A stretch of 59,509 bases of DNA, counting the filler. It is 4 parts of 4 records of this genome, joined end to end, with 100 filler letters (N's around TTAATTAATTAA, not from the genome) between each part and the next. Parts side by side here need not be neighbours in the genome. Positions count along the whole stretch, not along the records: positions 1 to 14,926 come from DRR723986_5491; positions 15,027 to 25,055 come from DRR723986_5492; 2 more parts are not named here. One strand, 5' to 3'. How positions within the stretch are numbered: the first letter of the stretch is position 1; every line of letters begins with the position of its first letter. The translations under genes and the position numbers were made by a program. The notes under the pieces were generated by a model. It was not told the DNA's origin. It made no database searches and saw nothing but the letters and a program-made list of their open reading frames with translations. Of the stretch, positions 9,987 to 20,100 are shown one piece after another.

Positions 9987-10108
9987 AGCTCAGCAGCGCC
10001 GGCATGCCTAGTTTGCAGTTATCAATTTGTTATCTGGATTTCTCTACTTGCCATTTGGGCCTTTACTCTTAGCCTTCAAGCCTCTACAAAACATTCCAGG
10101 ATAGTCTT

Positions 10109-11377
10109 ATGTCACGTGTGTCCCTCTTGATTTTTATGTTTGTCATTGCTGCATCAACCTGCAGTTTTTCAGTTTCCGCGCAGGCTGCAGTCGAAATATC
10201 GATGGAGCCCAGATACGCCAGTGATCTGTGGTTCAACCTCGATAAAGGTGTCGTCCACAAACACGCAGCCGACGACTGGGATATCGCCTTTCAGGTCAAT
10301 GATATCTCCGGCGGGCTGATCGTCAATGAAGCTGCCGGCCTCCTGGTCTATCACGTCCCCAATTCGGACGCCGACACCTGGAAAACGACGATCGACACGA
10401 CCGAAATGCGCAGCAGCTGGACGCTCTGGTTCAATGCTCCCGATGCCTGGCACAACGGCGCATTTAACATGGACGTGGACTACACCACGGGCAGCTACGG
10501 TTGGGGCCAATACAATCCGGCTACGCACGGCGTCAGCGGAATCGCAGTTTTTGTGATCATTGATCGCAACGGCCAGGCGCGCAAATTTTTCTGTGAGAGC
10601 TTGACCGGCGGCGTCCTGACCATCAAATACGCCGATCTGGACGGCTCCAATGAATTCACCGGCACAATTGACAAGGCCGCTTTTAATGGCCGCATCTTTG
10701 GTTATTACAACCTGCAGGAACACAAAACTATTGATCGTGAACCCGCGATTGACAGTTGGGACCTCAACTTTGCCCGCTATATCGAGATGCTCGGCCCCAA
10801 TCAGGACATTCCATTTGTTGTCGCCGGTGTGCGCAGCAATCTGGGCGTCACGGTTGCAGTAGTTGACTCCGACGATCCGGCCGGAGTTGCCGCACCTGAA
10901 GCCGAGGCCTACACGGACTTCAAACGCGCAATTGGTTACGACTGGAAAACTTTTGAAGGTGGCCAATACACGATTGATGAACAACGCGTTCACTTCGTCA
11001 AACGCGCCGACGAAAGCATCTACCGCCTTGTATTCCGCGGATTTGCCGGTAGCGCCAGCGGAAATATCGAGCTGGATGTTTATCCGCCATTGTCGACAAC
11101 TTCGGTCGCTGACGATGTCAACAATCAGGGCGCGCTGCTCTATCCGAACGTCGTAACGCGCGGCCAGGCTGCACAGCTGGCATATGCGGCGCAGGGCGCG
11201 CAGGCACAGCTGTATATTTATGACCTGCAGGGGCGCAGCGTTCAGCAGCGCACAATTCGCAATGCTGCGGAGCTTGAGACTTTGACGATCGCAACCGACC
11301 AAATGCACGCGGGTTCTTATATCGTAGAACTGCGTCAGGGTGCGCATCGCAGTCAACGCCGTCTGGTAATCCGCTGA
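10109..11377 (+). CDS. Tandem HmuY-like protein with T9SS type-A C-terminal sorting domain
   Basis: Signal peptide; two HmuY-like units (WFNL...WDIAF; YYNL...WDLNF...AIGYDWK); CTD LYPN...IYDLQG...AGSYIV...RRLVIR. Confidence 0.75.
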   Translation: MSRVSLLIFMFVIAASTCSFSVSAQAAVEISMEPRYASDLWFNLDKGVVHKHAADDWDIAFQVNDISGGLIVNEAAGLLVYHVPNSDADTWKTTIDTTEMRSSWTLWFNAPDAWHNGAFNMDVDYTTGSYGWGQYNPATHGVSGIAVFVIIDRNGQARKFFCESLTGGVLTIKYADLDGSNEFTGTIDKAAFNGRIFGYYNLQEHKTIDREPAIDSWDLNFARYIEMLGPNQDIPFVVAGVRSNLGVTVAVVDSDDPAGVAAPEAEAYTDFKRAIGYDWKTFEGGQYTIDEQRVHFVKRADESIYRLVFRGFAGSASGNIELDVYPPLSTTSVADDVNNQGALLYPNVVTRGQAAQLAYAAQGAQAQLYIYDLQGRSVQQRTIRNAAELETLTIATDQMHAGSYIVELRQGAHRSQRRLVIR

Positions 11378-11402
11378 TTATTCGACGAATCTTGGTATTT
11401 TT

Positions 11403-11426
11403 GCGGAGCGCTGGACGGCGCTCCGC
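11403..11426 (+). terminator. Intergenic stem-loop (attenuator or mRNA stabiliser)
   Basis: GCGGAGCGC-TGGACG-GCGCTCCGC perfect 9-bp stem; weak U-tail. Confidence 0.55.
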
Positions 11427-11496
11427 CGTTACTTTCCAGCAGTTATGTGCCAGGCCACGGCCGGCAACAAGGCATTGATCCGGGATACTCTGCCCT

Positions 11497-13767
11497 ATGC
11501 TTAGTCGCACTTTAGTCAAAATCGTAGTTGTGATGCTGTGTGCCGTCAGTGTGAACACTCTGTCCATACAGGCCAAGGAGCTACGCATTTCTGTTGTCAA
11601 CGCTGACTCAGAAACACCTGTGCCGGCTGCAACTGTTGTTTTCCGCTGCCTGGAAGCCGCCTGCGCCGACTCAAGTTTGACCTGCCTGAGCAGCCCACTT
11701 GGTTTTGCTACCAGCCCATTTGCTACAAAAGTTGAAATAAAAGTATCCTGTGTTGGATTTAAGACGCAGGTACTAACTCTCAATCCCGACAGTCTTGGCA
11801 CTGACGCTTTTGTAGTCAAACTGCTGCCTGCCGATTATGCAGCCGATGAAATTGTCGTAACCGCACAATTCCGTCCCGGCTCCGGAGACCGCTCAATGTA
11901 CGATGTTGATGTCCTGCCTGCCGAGCAAATTCGCGCGCAGGGCGCCAACAGTCTTGCGGGGCTTCTGGCTAATCGCGCCGGGATTCGCCTCTCACAGGAT
12001 AATATTCTGGGAGCTTCACTTGGGGTTCAGGGCATCTCGGGCCGTAACGTTAAAATTTTGGTTGACGGCGTGCCGGTAATTGGCCGCGTCAACGGCAATG
12101 TTGATCTCAATCAGATTAATCTCAGCAATGCTGAACGCGTCGAAATTGTTGATGATCCACTTTCAGTTGTCTACGGCACCGACGCCCTTGGCGGTGTGAT
12201 CAACGTCATCACGCGCGACAACTCAACGACTGAGTGGCGCGCCCAGGGCAACTCCTATCTGGAGAGTGTGGGACATTACAATGCCGACGGCATGCTCAGT
12301 TATTCAATCGACGACTTCTCGTTCTCACTCGCCGGCGGGCGCAACTTCTTTAGCGGTTTTTCGGATCCGGACACGAGTCGCTTCCAGCAGTGGAAACCCA
12401 AAGAGCAGTATTTCGCCGACTTCAACGCGGTCTACAAACACGACGACATGCGTGTGCGTTATTCGGGTCGTTACTTCAACGAATTTATCCTGAACCGTGG
12501 CGAGTTGCGTGCGCCCTACCGCGAAACGGCATTCGACGACGAATACCACACTGCGCGCCTCAACAACTCGCTCTTCCTGACGCAAACATTCAAAAGCACA
12601 GATATACTCGACGTCACCGTGGCACAGTCCTGGTACCGTCGCCGCAAAAACAGCTACTTCAATGACCTGGTCAATCTGGAGCGCAACCTGACGAACAATG
12701 ATGGCGATCAGGACACAAGCATCTTCAAGTCCTGGCTGCTGCGCGCGGCGTACAGTCACGATCCGGTCGTAGACAAGATCGCCTGGCAGGCCGGCATTGA
12801 TTTTAATATTGAAGACGCACAGGGCGGACGCATCGAAGACGGCCTGCAGGATGTTGGAGACTACGCCGCGTTTGCGAGCCTGCGCTACCAGCCCTTTGAT
12901 GAACTCTCACTGCAGTCGGGATTGCGCTATGCGTACAACACGCGTTTTGACGCGCCGCTGCTGCCATCCCTCAACGCAAAACTGAAAATTACTGACGCAT
13001 TTTCGATGCGCGCCTCATATGCTGAGGGTTTCCGCGCACCGTCACTTCGTGAACTCTACTTCCTCTTCGTGGATATCAACCACAACGTTCGTGGTAATGT
13101 GGACCTGGACGCCGAGCGTTCACGGCATTACAATGTAGATTTCCGCTGGGTGCACGACATGAACCAAAATGTTGTGACGCTTGAGCCCGGATTGTTTTAT
13201 AACGACATCCGCAATCTGATCAGCCTGGCGCAGGTGGAAGGTGATTTGTTCTCCTATGTTAACATCGGAACATATCGCACTGCCGGAGCCAACATCACAT
13301 TAAACTACTACCGCCCGAATGCGACGGCGGAAATTAGTTTTGCATACATCGGCCGCTACAATCGCGTCAGCGATGATGCCACGGTTGATGAAGTCATCGA
13401 CGACTTTGCGTTTGCGCCGGAGCTTTCGGCCAATATGATGTATACAGTAATTGACAATCTAGATCTGAATGTCTTCTACAAGTATACCGGCGAACTCCCA
13501 CAGTTTGCCTTGGATGCCGACGGTGCCATTCAGGAAGGTCGTATCGAAGATTATCACTTGCTCGACCTCTCAGTCGGCACACATCTGTTTGACCGCAAGG
13601 TTGCTCTGACTGCCGGAGTGAAAAATGTGCTGGACGTTGTGAACATTAACAACAGTCTGGTGGGTGGCGGCGTGCATGCCGACGGCAGTGGCCAGGTTTC
13701 GATTGGTACGGGCCGCACGCTCTTCCTGAGCATGCAGGTTCTTGCGCCCTTTACGAGTGCAGATTAA
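11497..13767 (+). CDS. TonB-dependent receptor, HmuR-like (heme)
   Basis: EIVVTA TonB box; plug ILVDGVP, YGTDALGGVINVIT; FRAP...H...GNVDL motif; flanked by HmuY-like genes. Confidence 0.88.
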   Translation: MLSRTLVKIVVVMLCAVSVNTLSIQAKELRISVVNADSETPVPAATVVFRCLEAACADSSLTCLSSPLGFATSPFATKVEIKVSCVGFKTQVLTLNPDSLGTDAFVVKLLPADYAADEIVVTAQFRPGSGDRSMYDVDVLPAEQIRAQGANSLAGLLANRAGIRLSQDNILGASLGVQGISGRNVKILVDGVPVIGRVNGNVDLNQINLSNAERVEIVDDPLSVVYGTDALGGVINVITRDNSTTEWRAQGNSYLESVGHYNADGMLSYSIDDFSFSLAGGRNFFSGFSDPDTSRFQQWKPKEQYFADFNAVYKHDDMRVRYSGRYFNEFILNRGELRAPYRETAFDDEYHTARLNNSLFLTQTFKSTDILDVTVAQSWYRRRKNSYFNDLVNLERNLTNNDGDQDTSIFKSWLLRAAYSHDPVVDKIAWQAGIDFNIEDAQGGRIEDGLQDVGDYAAFASLRYQPFDELSLQSGLRYAYNTRFDAPLLPSLNAKLKITDAFSMRASYAEGFRAPSLRELYFLFVDINHNVRGNVDLDAERSRHYNVDFRWVHDMNQNVVTLEPGLFYNDIRNLISLAQVEGDLFSYVNIGTYRTAGANITLNYYRPNATAEISFAYIGRYNRVSDDATVDEVIDDFAFAPELSANMMYTVIDNLDLNVFYKYTGELPQFALDADGAIQEGRIEDYHLLDLSVGTHLFDRKVALTAGVKNVLDVVNINNSLVGGGVHADGSGQVSIGTGRTLFLSMQVLAPFTSAD

Positions 13768-13784
13768 ACAAGCGAATCAACGAC

Positions 13785-14825
13785 ATGAATACAGCCTACA
13801 AATTCTTGCCCCGCCTTTGGCTTCGCGCCTGGACACTGTGCGCAGCGCTGTTAATGTTTACAGCCGGCGCTTGCATGCCGGAAGATACGGCAGTCCAGCC
13901 CTTTGATCGTGGTGATGCACAATCTGCATTGATCACGATGGGCAAGGATTATGACAAGCGCGTGTATTTTGATCTCTCCAGCAACTCCGCTGTTAAGTCC
14001 ATCGAATTTGCGCAGTGGCACCTTGAGTTTGCCTGCCAACCCGGCAACTTCCAGATTCGTGTTAACTCCGCGCAGTTTATCGGGATATCCAACCTGGGCA
14101 GTGTTGACATGGCAGCAGTGCGCAAAAGTGATGTTGACGCCACCACCTATGAATTTGACACCTACAGCGGCGATATTGACTCGCTCGCAGTTGGCCAGTG
14201 GTGGACACAGGGCGACAACTCAACTGTGACATCAATTGGCAATGTTTACGCCGTTGACGGTGGATATTCGGCAGTCGGCACACATCTTGGCTATTACAAG
14301 TTTCGGGTTCTCAGCATTGACGATGAGTCTTACACGATTGAATATGCCGAGTTGGACAGCGATGTCATAAAGACTGCAACCATCAAACGCGACGAACAGT
14401 TTAACTACCTCGGTTTCAGTTTTGACGACGGCAGTGTAATCCAGCATGAACCGGTCAATGATACCTGGGACCTGGTGTTCACAAAATACACCTACATCTT
14501 TATTCTGCCTGCGCGCCTGCCCTACTCCGTCACGGGGACTTTAACCAATTCCAATGGCGCTGGTGCCATCCTGGAGACGGAATTCAGCTTCGCCGATGTT
14601 GACCGCGCCTATGCGGCTTCACTGGAGATCGGCTCGCGCGAAGACGCGATCGGTTACGAGTGGAAAACCTTTGATTTCAGTGACTCCAACTTCCGGATTG
14701 AGGAAGGCAAGACTTATATTATTCGCGACACTGACGGTTTCCTCTACAAGCTGCGTTTCATTGATTTCTACGATCCGATTAGCGGTGACAAGGGCACGCC
14801 ACAGTTTGAGTATCAGCGTTTGTAG
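13785..14825 (+). CDS. hmuY: HmuY family lipoprotein
   Basis: Lipobox TAGAC; VYFDL, WDLVFTKY, IGYEWK, YKLRFIDFY...G.P.FEYQRL. Confidence 0.8.
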   Translation: MNTAYKFLPRLWLRAWTLCAALLMFTAGACMPEDTAVQPFDRGDAQSALITMGKDYDKRVYFDLSSNSAVKSIEFAQWHLEFACQPGNFQIRVNSAQFIGISNLGSVDMAAVRKSDVDATTYEFDTYSGDIDSLAVGQWWTQGDNSTVTSIGNVYAVDGGYSAVGTHLGYYKFRVLSIDDESYTIEYAELDSDVIKTATIKRDEQFNYLGFSFDDGSVIQHEPVNDTWDLVFTKYTYIFILPARLPYSVTGTLTNSNGAGAILETEFSFADVDRAYAASLEIGSREDAIGYEWKTFDFSDSNFRIEEGKTYIIRDTDGFLYKLRFIDFYDPISGDKGTPQFEYQRL

Positions 14826-14899
14826 GGATTGGGGTTTAGAATTCCTGCCTGGGATTTGTGCATGCCGTGTTTTTGAGTCCTGTGATCTTTGGCGTTTTT

Positions 14900-14926
14900 G
14901 GCAGCTTTGGCAGCTTTGGCAGCTTT
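14900..14926. repeat. 9-bp tandem repeat (GGCAGCTTT)x3 at contig end
   Basis: Read directly; runs into the linker. Confidence 0.8.
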
Positions 14927-15026
14927 NNNNNNNNNNNNNNNNNNNNNNNNNNNNNNNNNNNNNNNNNNNNTTAATTAATTAANNNNNNNNNNNNNNNNNN
15001 NNNNNNNNNNNNNNNNNNNNNNNNNN
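14927..15026. other. Artificial contig linker
   Basis: 44 N + TTAATTAATTAA (stops in all six frames) + 44 N. Confidence 0.99.
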
Positions 15027-15027
15027 G

Positions 15028-16392
15028 GCCGGGTTCAGCCAAGGCGGCGGCGTTGGCCTAACTCTGGCGCAATGGATGATCGAAGGCGAACCCGAACGCG
15101 ATGTGTTTGCTATGGACGTCGCCCGGTTCGGCGATTGGATCGGCCCCGGCTACACCCGCCCCAAGGTCATCGAAAACTACCAGAAACGCTTTTCCGTCTC
15201 GTATCCAAACGAAGAACTGCCCGCCGCGCGTCCCAACCGCACAACCCCAATGTTCGACACCTTCAGCAAGCTGGGCGCCGTTTGGGGCCAGCAATTCGGG
15301 CTCGAGGTCGCGAACTATTTCGCCCAAGGCGATGAACCGACATACGAAACCCCCTCGTTCCGCCGATCAGATGCCTTTGACGCCACAGCCCGCGAAGTGC
15401 GCGGCGTGCGTAACGCCGTCGGCATCAACGAGGTGCACAATTTCGGTAAATACCTGATCAAAGGTCCAGGTGCGCGCGCTTGGCTAGATCGGATCATGGC
15501 CGGGCGCATGCCCAAGCCGGGGCGCTTGTCCCTAACCCCGATGTTGTCGCCAAAGGGCAAGCTGATCGGCGATTTCACCGTCTCTTGTCTCAGCGAGACC
15601 GAATTCCAGCTCACCGCCTCTTATGGCAGTCAGGCGTTCCACTATCGCTGGCTTGATCAACATAAAGATGACAGCGTAAGTATCGAAAATATCAGCGATA
15701 AACGGAATGGATTCCAAATCGCAGGCCCCAAAGCCGCCGAGGTTCTATCGGCCTGCACCCGCGCCGATCTGAGCGATTTCAAATTCCTCGATGTGCGCCG
15801 CATGACCATTGGCATGACCGACTGCATCGTTCAGCGCGTCAGCTATACCGGCGATCTTGGGTACGAAATTTACTGTGATCCGATGGCCCAACGAAACCTG
15901 TGGGAAACACTTTGGGCCGCCGGGCAACCCCATGGCATGGTGCCTTTTGGGATGCGTGCAATGATGTCGCTGCGGCTTGATAAGTTCTTTGGCTCTTGGA
16001 TGGCCGAATTCTCACCTGATTACACAGCTGCAGAAACCGGGTTGGACCGCTTCATCTCGTTCAAGAAAAACGTCGATTTCATCGGCCGCGCCGCCGCCGA
16101 AGAAGAACGCGCCAATGGCACCGATCGCAAGCTGGTCGCACTCGAGGTCGACGCCAACGACGCCGACGTCAACGCCTATGAACCCATCTGGCTCGAAGGC
16201 AAAGTGGTCGGGTTCTGTACCTCTGGTGGATATTCGCACTATGCCCAGAAATCGATTGCGCAGGGGTTCCTGCCCACGGATCGCATCGCAGACGGGTTAG
16301 AGGTCGAAATCGAAATCCTAGGTGAAATGCGCAAGGCTCGCGTAATCTCAACCCCACTCTTTGATGTGGATGGGGCCCGTATGCGCGGGTAA
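15028..16392 (+). CDS. GcvT-family FAD oxidoreductase (dimethylglycine/sarcosine dehydrogenase-like), 5' truncated
   Basis: AGFSQGGGVG, RVSYTGDLGYEIY, MMSLRLDK, CTSGGYSH; frame open to the contig edge. Confidence 0.9.
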   Translation, partial: AGFSQGGGVGLTLAQWMIEGEPERDVFAMDVARFGDWIGPGYTRPKVIENYQKRFSVSYPNEELPAARPNRTTPMFDTFSKLGAVWGQQFGLEVANYFAQGDEPTYETPSFRRSDAFDATAREVRGVRNAVGINEVHNFGKYLIKGPGARAWLDRIMAGRMPKPGRLSLTPMLSPKGKLIGDFTVSCLSETEFQLTASYGSQAFHYRWLDQHKDDSVSIENISDKRNGFQIAGPKAAEVLSACTRADLSDFKFLDVRRMTIGMTDCIVQRVSYTGDLGYEIYCDPMAQRNLWETLWAAGQPHGMVPFGMRAMMSLRLDKFFGSWMAEFSPDYTAAETGLDRFISFKKNVDFIGRAAAEEERANGTDRKLVALEVDANDADVNAYEPIWLEGKVVGFCTSGGYSHYAQKSIAQGFLPTDRIADGLEVEIEILGEMRKARVISTPLFDVDGARMRG

Positions 16393-16407
16393 CTGACGCC
16401 AATATTT

Positions 16408-16442
16408 TCCGGGAGAGAGGCAAAACCGCTCTACTCTCCCGG
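16408..16442. repeat. Intergenic inverted repeat
   Basis: CCGGGAGAG ... CTCTCCCGG. Confidence 0.55.
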
Positions 16443-16466
16443 TGATATCCTGCCTAATGTGGCGAC

Positions 16467-17075
16467 ATGATCCATATTCTGATCCTTGCGGCCGGCCAAT
16501 CCTCGCGCATGCGCGGGGGGGACAAACTGTTGGAACAGGTCGACGGCGCAGCCTGTCTGACCACCATGGTAAACCGTGCGCTGCACAGCGGGCGACCCAC
16601 CACCGTCATTGTCCCCGATCTGAATCATCCACGCGCCAAAGTCGTCAAAGACGCCCGGCTTATCCCATCCCCCGATGCGCATTTGGGCATGGCCCATTCG
16701 ATCAAAACCGGCGTGACCACCCTGCCCGATGACGCAACGGCGGTGATGATCATACCCGGCGACATGCCGGATTTAACAGCGCAGGATATTCAGGGTCTGG
16801 CCGACACCTTTGATGCCACGCCCAATATCGACATCCTGCAAGCCGCGACCCAAGACGGCACGCCCGGTCACCCGATCATTTTCCGCGCGACCTTGTTTGA
16901 CGACTTTCAAAACCTGTCCGGGGACAAGGGCGCATTTGCGATCCTGCAAAACAACACAGATAAACGGAAACTGCACGCGCTACCCGGACACCGCGCAAGG
17001 TTGGATCTGGACACGCCCGAAGATTGGGAAAACTGGCGCACTAAACGCAAAAGTCAGGACACCGAAGCGTCCTGA
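16467..17075 (+). CDS. Nucleotidyltransferase, MocA-like (molybdenum cofactor cytidylyltransferase family)
   Basis: ILAAGQSSRM..DKLL, GMAHSI, GDMP, GHP, GDKGA, DLDTPEDW. Confidence 0.88.
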   Translation: MIHILILAAGQSSRMRGGDKLLEQVDGAACLTTMVNRALHSGRPTTVIVPDLNHPRAKVVKDARLIPSPDAHLGMAHSIKTGVTTLPDDATAVMIIPGDMPDLTAQDIQGLADTFDATPNIDILQAATQDGTPGHPIIFRATLFDDFQNLSGDKGAFAILQNNTDKRKLHALPGHRARLDLDTPEDWENWRTKRKSQDTEAS

Positions 17076-17147
17076 CCCAGCCCGCGCACCCCGAAAGGCG
17101 CGGAAATAGTGCTGCATAAGCGGGGTTAGCCCTAGGCCCGGTGCTGA

Positions 17148-20100
17148 TTACATCAGCAGACGGGCTTCGTGTTTCTTAAGCGACCGGCGCGCTGCGGCAT
17201 AGGCATCAAGCCCTTCACGGGTCTTCAGCTCTGGGAAGAGTTCAAAGATTTCCGTGCGTTGCGCGTTACCCATTCCCGCCAAGGTCTGATCACCAGGCTG
17301 GAAGCTTTCGGTCCATGCACCGTCTGACAACACGACTTCGTGCTGATCGAACATAAAGTGCACGTAGGTCACGTTTGACACCTCAACCACATCAACGCCT
17401 TCCAGACCCGTCAGGTGCTTGGCAGCAACCAACACTTCGCGATCTTCAAAGTACAACGCCGTTTTGTCATTGGCGACCAGAACGCGGTGGTTTGGACTGA
17501 CCATCATGTCCCGCTCTGGCAGACCGTTGCCCAATGCGCCTTCGCGGATCAAGATCGGGTTCAGATGCTCGGCATGTGCCAGCTCTTTGGTATCAAGCTG
17601 ACGCTGTCCAATCCATTTGATGTCCTGAATGCCATTGTCACGCGTGATGATACGATCCCCAATCTGCAGATCTTCGACACGACGCTCGCCCTTAGGCGTG
17701 GCAATCAAAGTCCCCGGCGTAAAGCAAGGAATGATCGACTCGATCTCGCGGAATTCAGAGGTCCCGGTTTCATCGCCAGCGGCATCAAAGAACCGAACGA
17801 TACCGTTCTCTGGGTTGCCAGCATCCAGCTCAACCGTCAGCGTCCCGCCTGGGTTCGCCGCTTCGGCTGCGCCGCGCAGATCCAGCGTATCGATGTCCAA
17901 ACCATCAGCGTCTTCGCCACCAATGATCACATCGCCCTGACCTACGTTGACGAATGTGTCGTCATCGCCCTGACCAGAAAGAATGTCGCCGCCATCATCC
18001 GGATCTTCGTTGCTGCCGGAAATGGTGTCATCGCCATCTCCACCAACCACGATGTCACGACCTGCGCCGCCATCCAGGCTATCGTCACCTTCGCCACCGT
18101 CGATCGCATCGCCGCCGCCGTCACCACTTACGGTGTCATCGCCGGTTCCGCCAAAGATCACATCGGTATCGTCACGCCCATGAACGCTGTCGTTGCCGTC
18201 ACCAGCAAGGATCACATCCTGCTCATCGACCAATGGAGCTACAGCATCATCGCCATCAACCAGATCACCTTCAGGATCACCCGTATACCCAAGGTCGATC
18301 ACATCATCGCCGGGTGTCCCTTCGACAACCCCATCGACGCCCAATGTACCTGGGCCCGGAGGTGTAGGTGCGCCACCGCCGCCGCCTGCTCCGCCACCGC
18401 CGCCGCCGTCCGGTCCGCCGATCACCAAAACCTCTTCGATTTCGGAGAACTCAGCCGTTCCAACGACGTTCAGATCTGTGTCGTAATATGTGATCGTCCC
18501 TGATTCACCATCAGGATCGGTCTCATCATAATCAACAACAGCCAGACCGGTTGCGATCAAGGTATCAAGATCGTCGCCGCCTTCGCCACCTTCGATAGTG
18601 TCGCCAACGCCCGCGCCAATCGTGTCGCGATCATCGCCACCAAACACAAGGTCTGCACCCTCGCCGCCGAGGATAACATCGTTGCCTTCGTTACCGTGGA
18701 TCTCATCTTCGCCGTGACGACCAAGGATTGTGTCATCCCCGGTTCCACCAGAAAGCGAATCTTCGTCGATGCCGCCGTCAATCCAGTCATCTCCGCTGCC
18801 ACCTACAATGGTGTCATCGTCATCTTGACCGAACAGGGTGTCGTTGCCCGCACCGCCATCGATGTAATCCAGACCATTGGTCTGCTCGACATCTGCGGGG
18901 CCATCGGTGCCGTCATCACGAATGTTCAGCCGATCTGGGAACGATGGGTCCAGCCCGCCGTAGACCATATCGTCACCGTCACCCGCGTCGATCGAGTCTG
19001 CGCCTTCGCCACCAACGATCAGATCGTTGTCCGCGCCGCCGGAAATGGTGTCATCGTCCAGACCGCCATCAATGCTGTCGTCGCCGGTTCCACCGGTAAT
19101 AACGTCCGCATCATCACCAGTCAGGATGATATCATTGCCAGCCCCACCATCAACGGTGTCTCGGTCATCAAAGATATCGCCATCGGCAGGAACCGCGGGC
19201 AAACCGTCATAGGATGGGAAACCGCGATCTGGCAGATTGCTGCCAATGTCGCCACCGGTGTTGATCACGTCATTGCCATCGCCGCCTTCGACGCTGTCTG
19301 AGCCGTCACCGCCGTCGACAGTGTCGTCACCGCCGCCACCATAGATTTCGTCGTCGCCGCCGCCACCAATCAGGCTGTCATCGCCATCCGGGCCGGTGTC
19401 GGCATTTGCCACATCAAAGTACACATCGGTAAAGCTGACTTCGCTATCCCCAGTGCCTGCAACGCTATGATCAATAACCACCCGCCCAACTGGGCCAGGG
19501 ATGGTGACAAGAACAGAATAGACAGAGTTGTCAGGGTTAGCATGTCCGCCGTCACCTGTCGCAGTGTCGTCACCAGCAACCCCATCGGTGTCGCTAAGTG
19601 TGACGCCAATCCCACCCGCCAGGTTAACCGTGATCGGATCACCATTCGGGGCATAGGCTTGAACAGCAACTTGACCATTCGCATCAACATCGTTCACGCG
19701 GAACGACACATTCGTTACCGGATCAGAAAATTCGAGTTGATACCCAGCAGCGTCCGCCGGGTTTTCCAAGTCAGAATTCAGCGCGCTGTTGTCGTCGGCG
19801 TCAGGTCCGTCAGTGTCAATATTGGTGACGAACTGTTCCTGCGTCGAAAAATCACTTCCCGCTGTAGGTGTTTCATTTAGAACAGAAAAAGTTACATCCA
19901 CAGTGCCGGTGTTCTGAACAAAACCACCGCTCAGATCATCGCCATCGTCAACGTCGCCGCCGTCATCGGGGTCTGGTGCCAGATCCCACTGGAACGCTTC
20001 GCGCGTTTCACCGCTGGCACCGCCACCGGGGGCCGAGCCATCGCCATACAACACATCGTCGCCTTCTTCGCCATCAACGGTGTCGTTGCCGCTGCCAGCG

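Noticed and set aside
10169-11356. Long antisense ORFs (also 17415-18503, 32344-33600, 33537-34592, 36152-37228, 39232-40455, 40931-42238)
   Set aside because: Shadows of real genes in GC-rich, codon-biased DNA; no recognisable motifs.
14971-14982. TTAATTAATTAA palindrome, repeated three times in the window
   Set aside because: Synthetic all-frame stop linker inside N runs; not biological.
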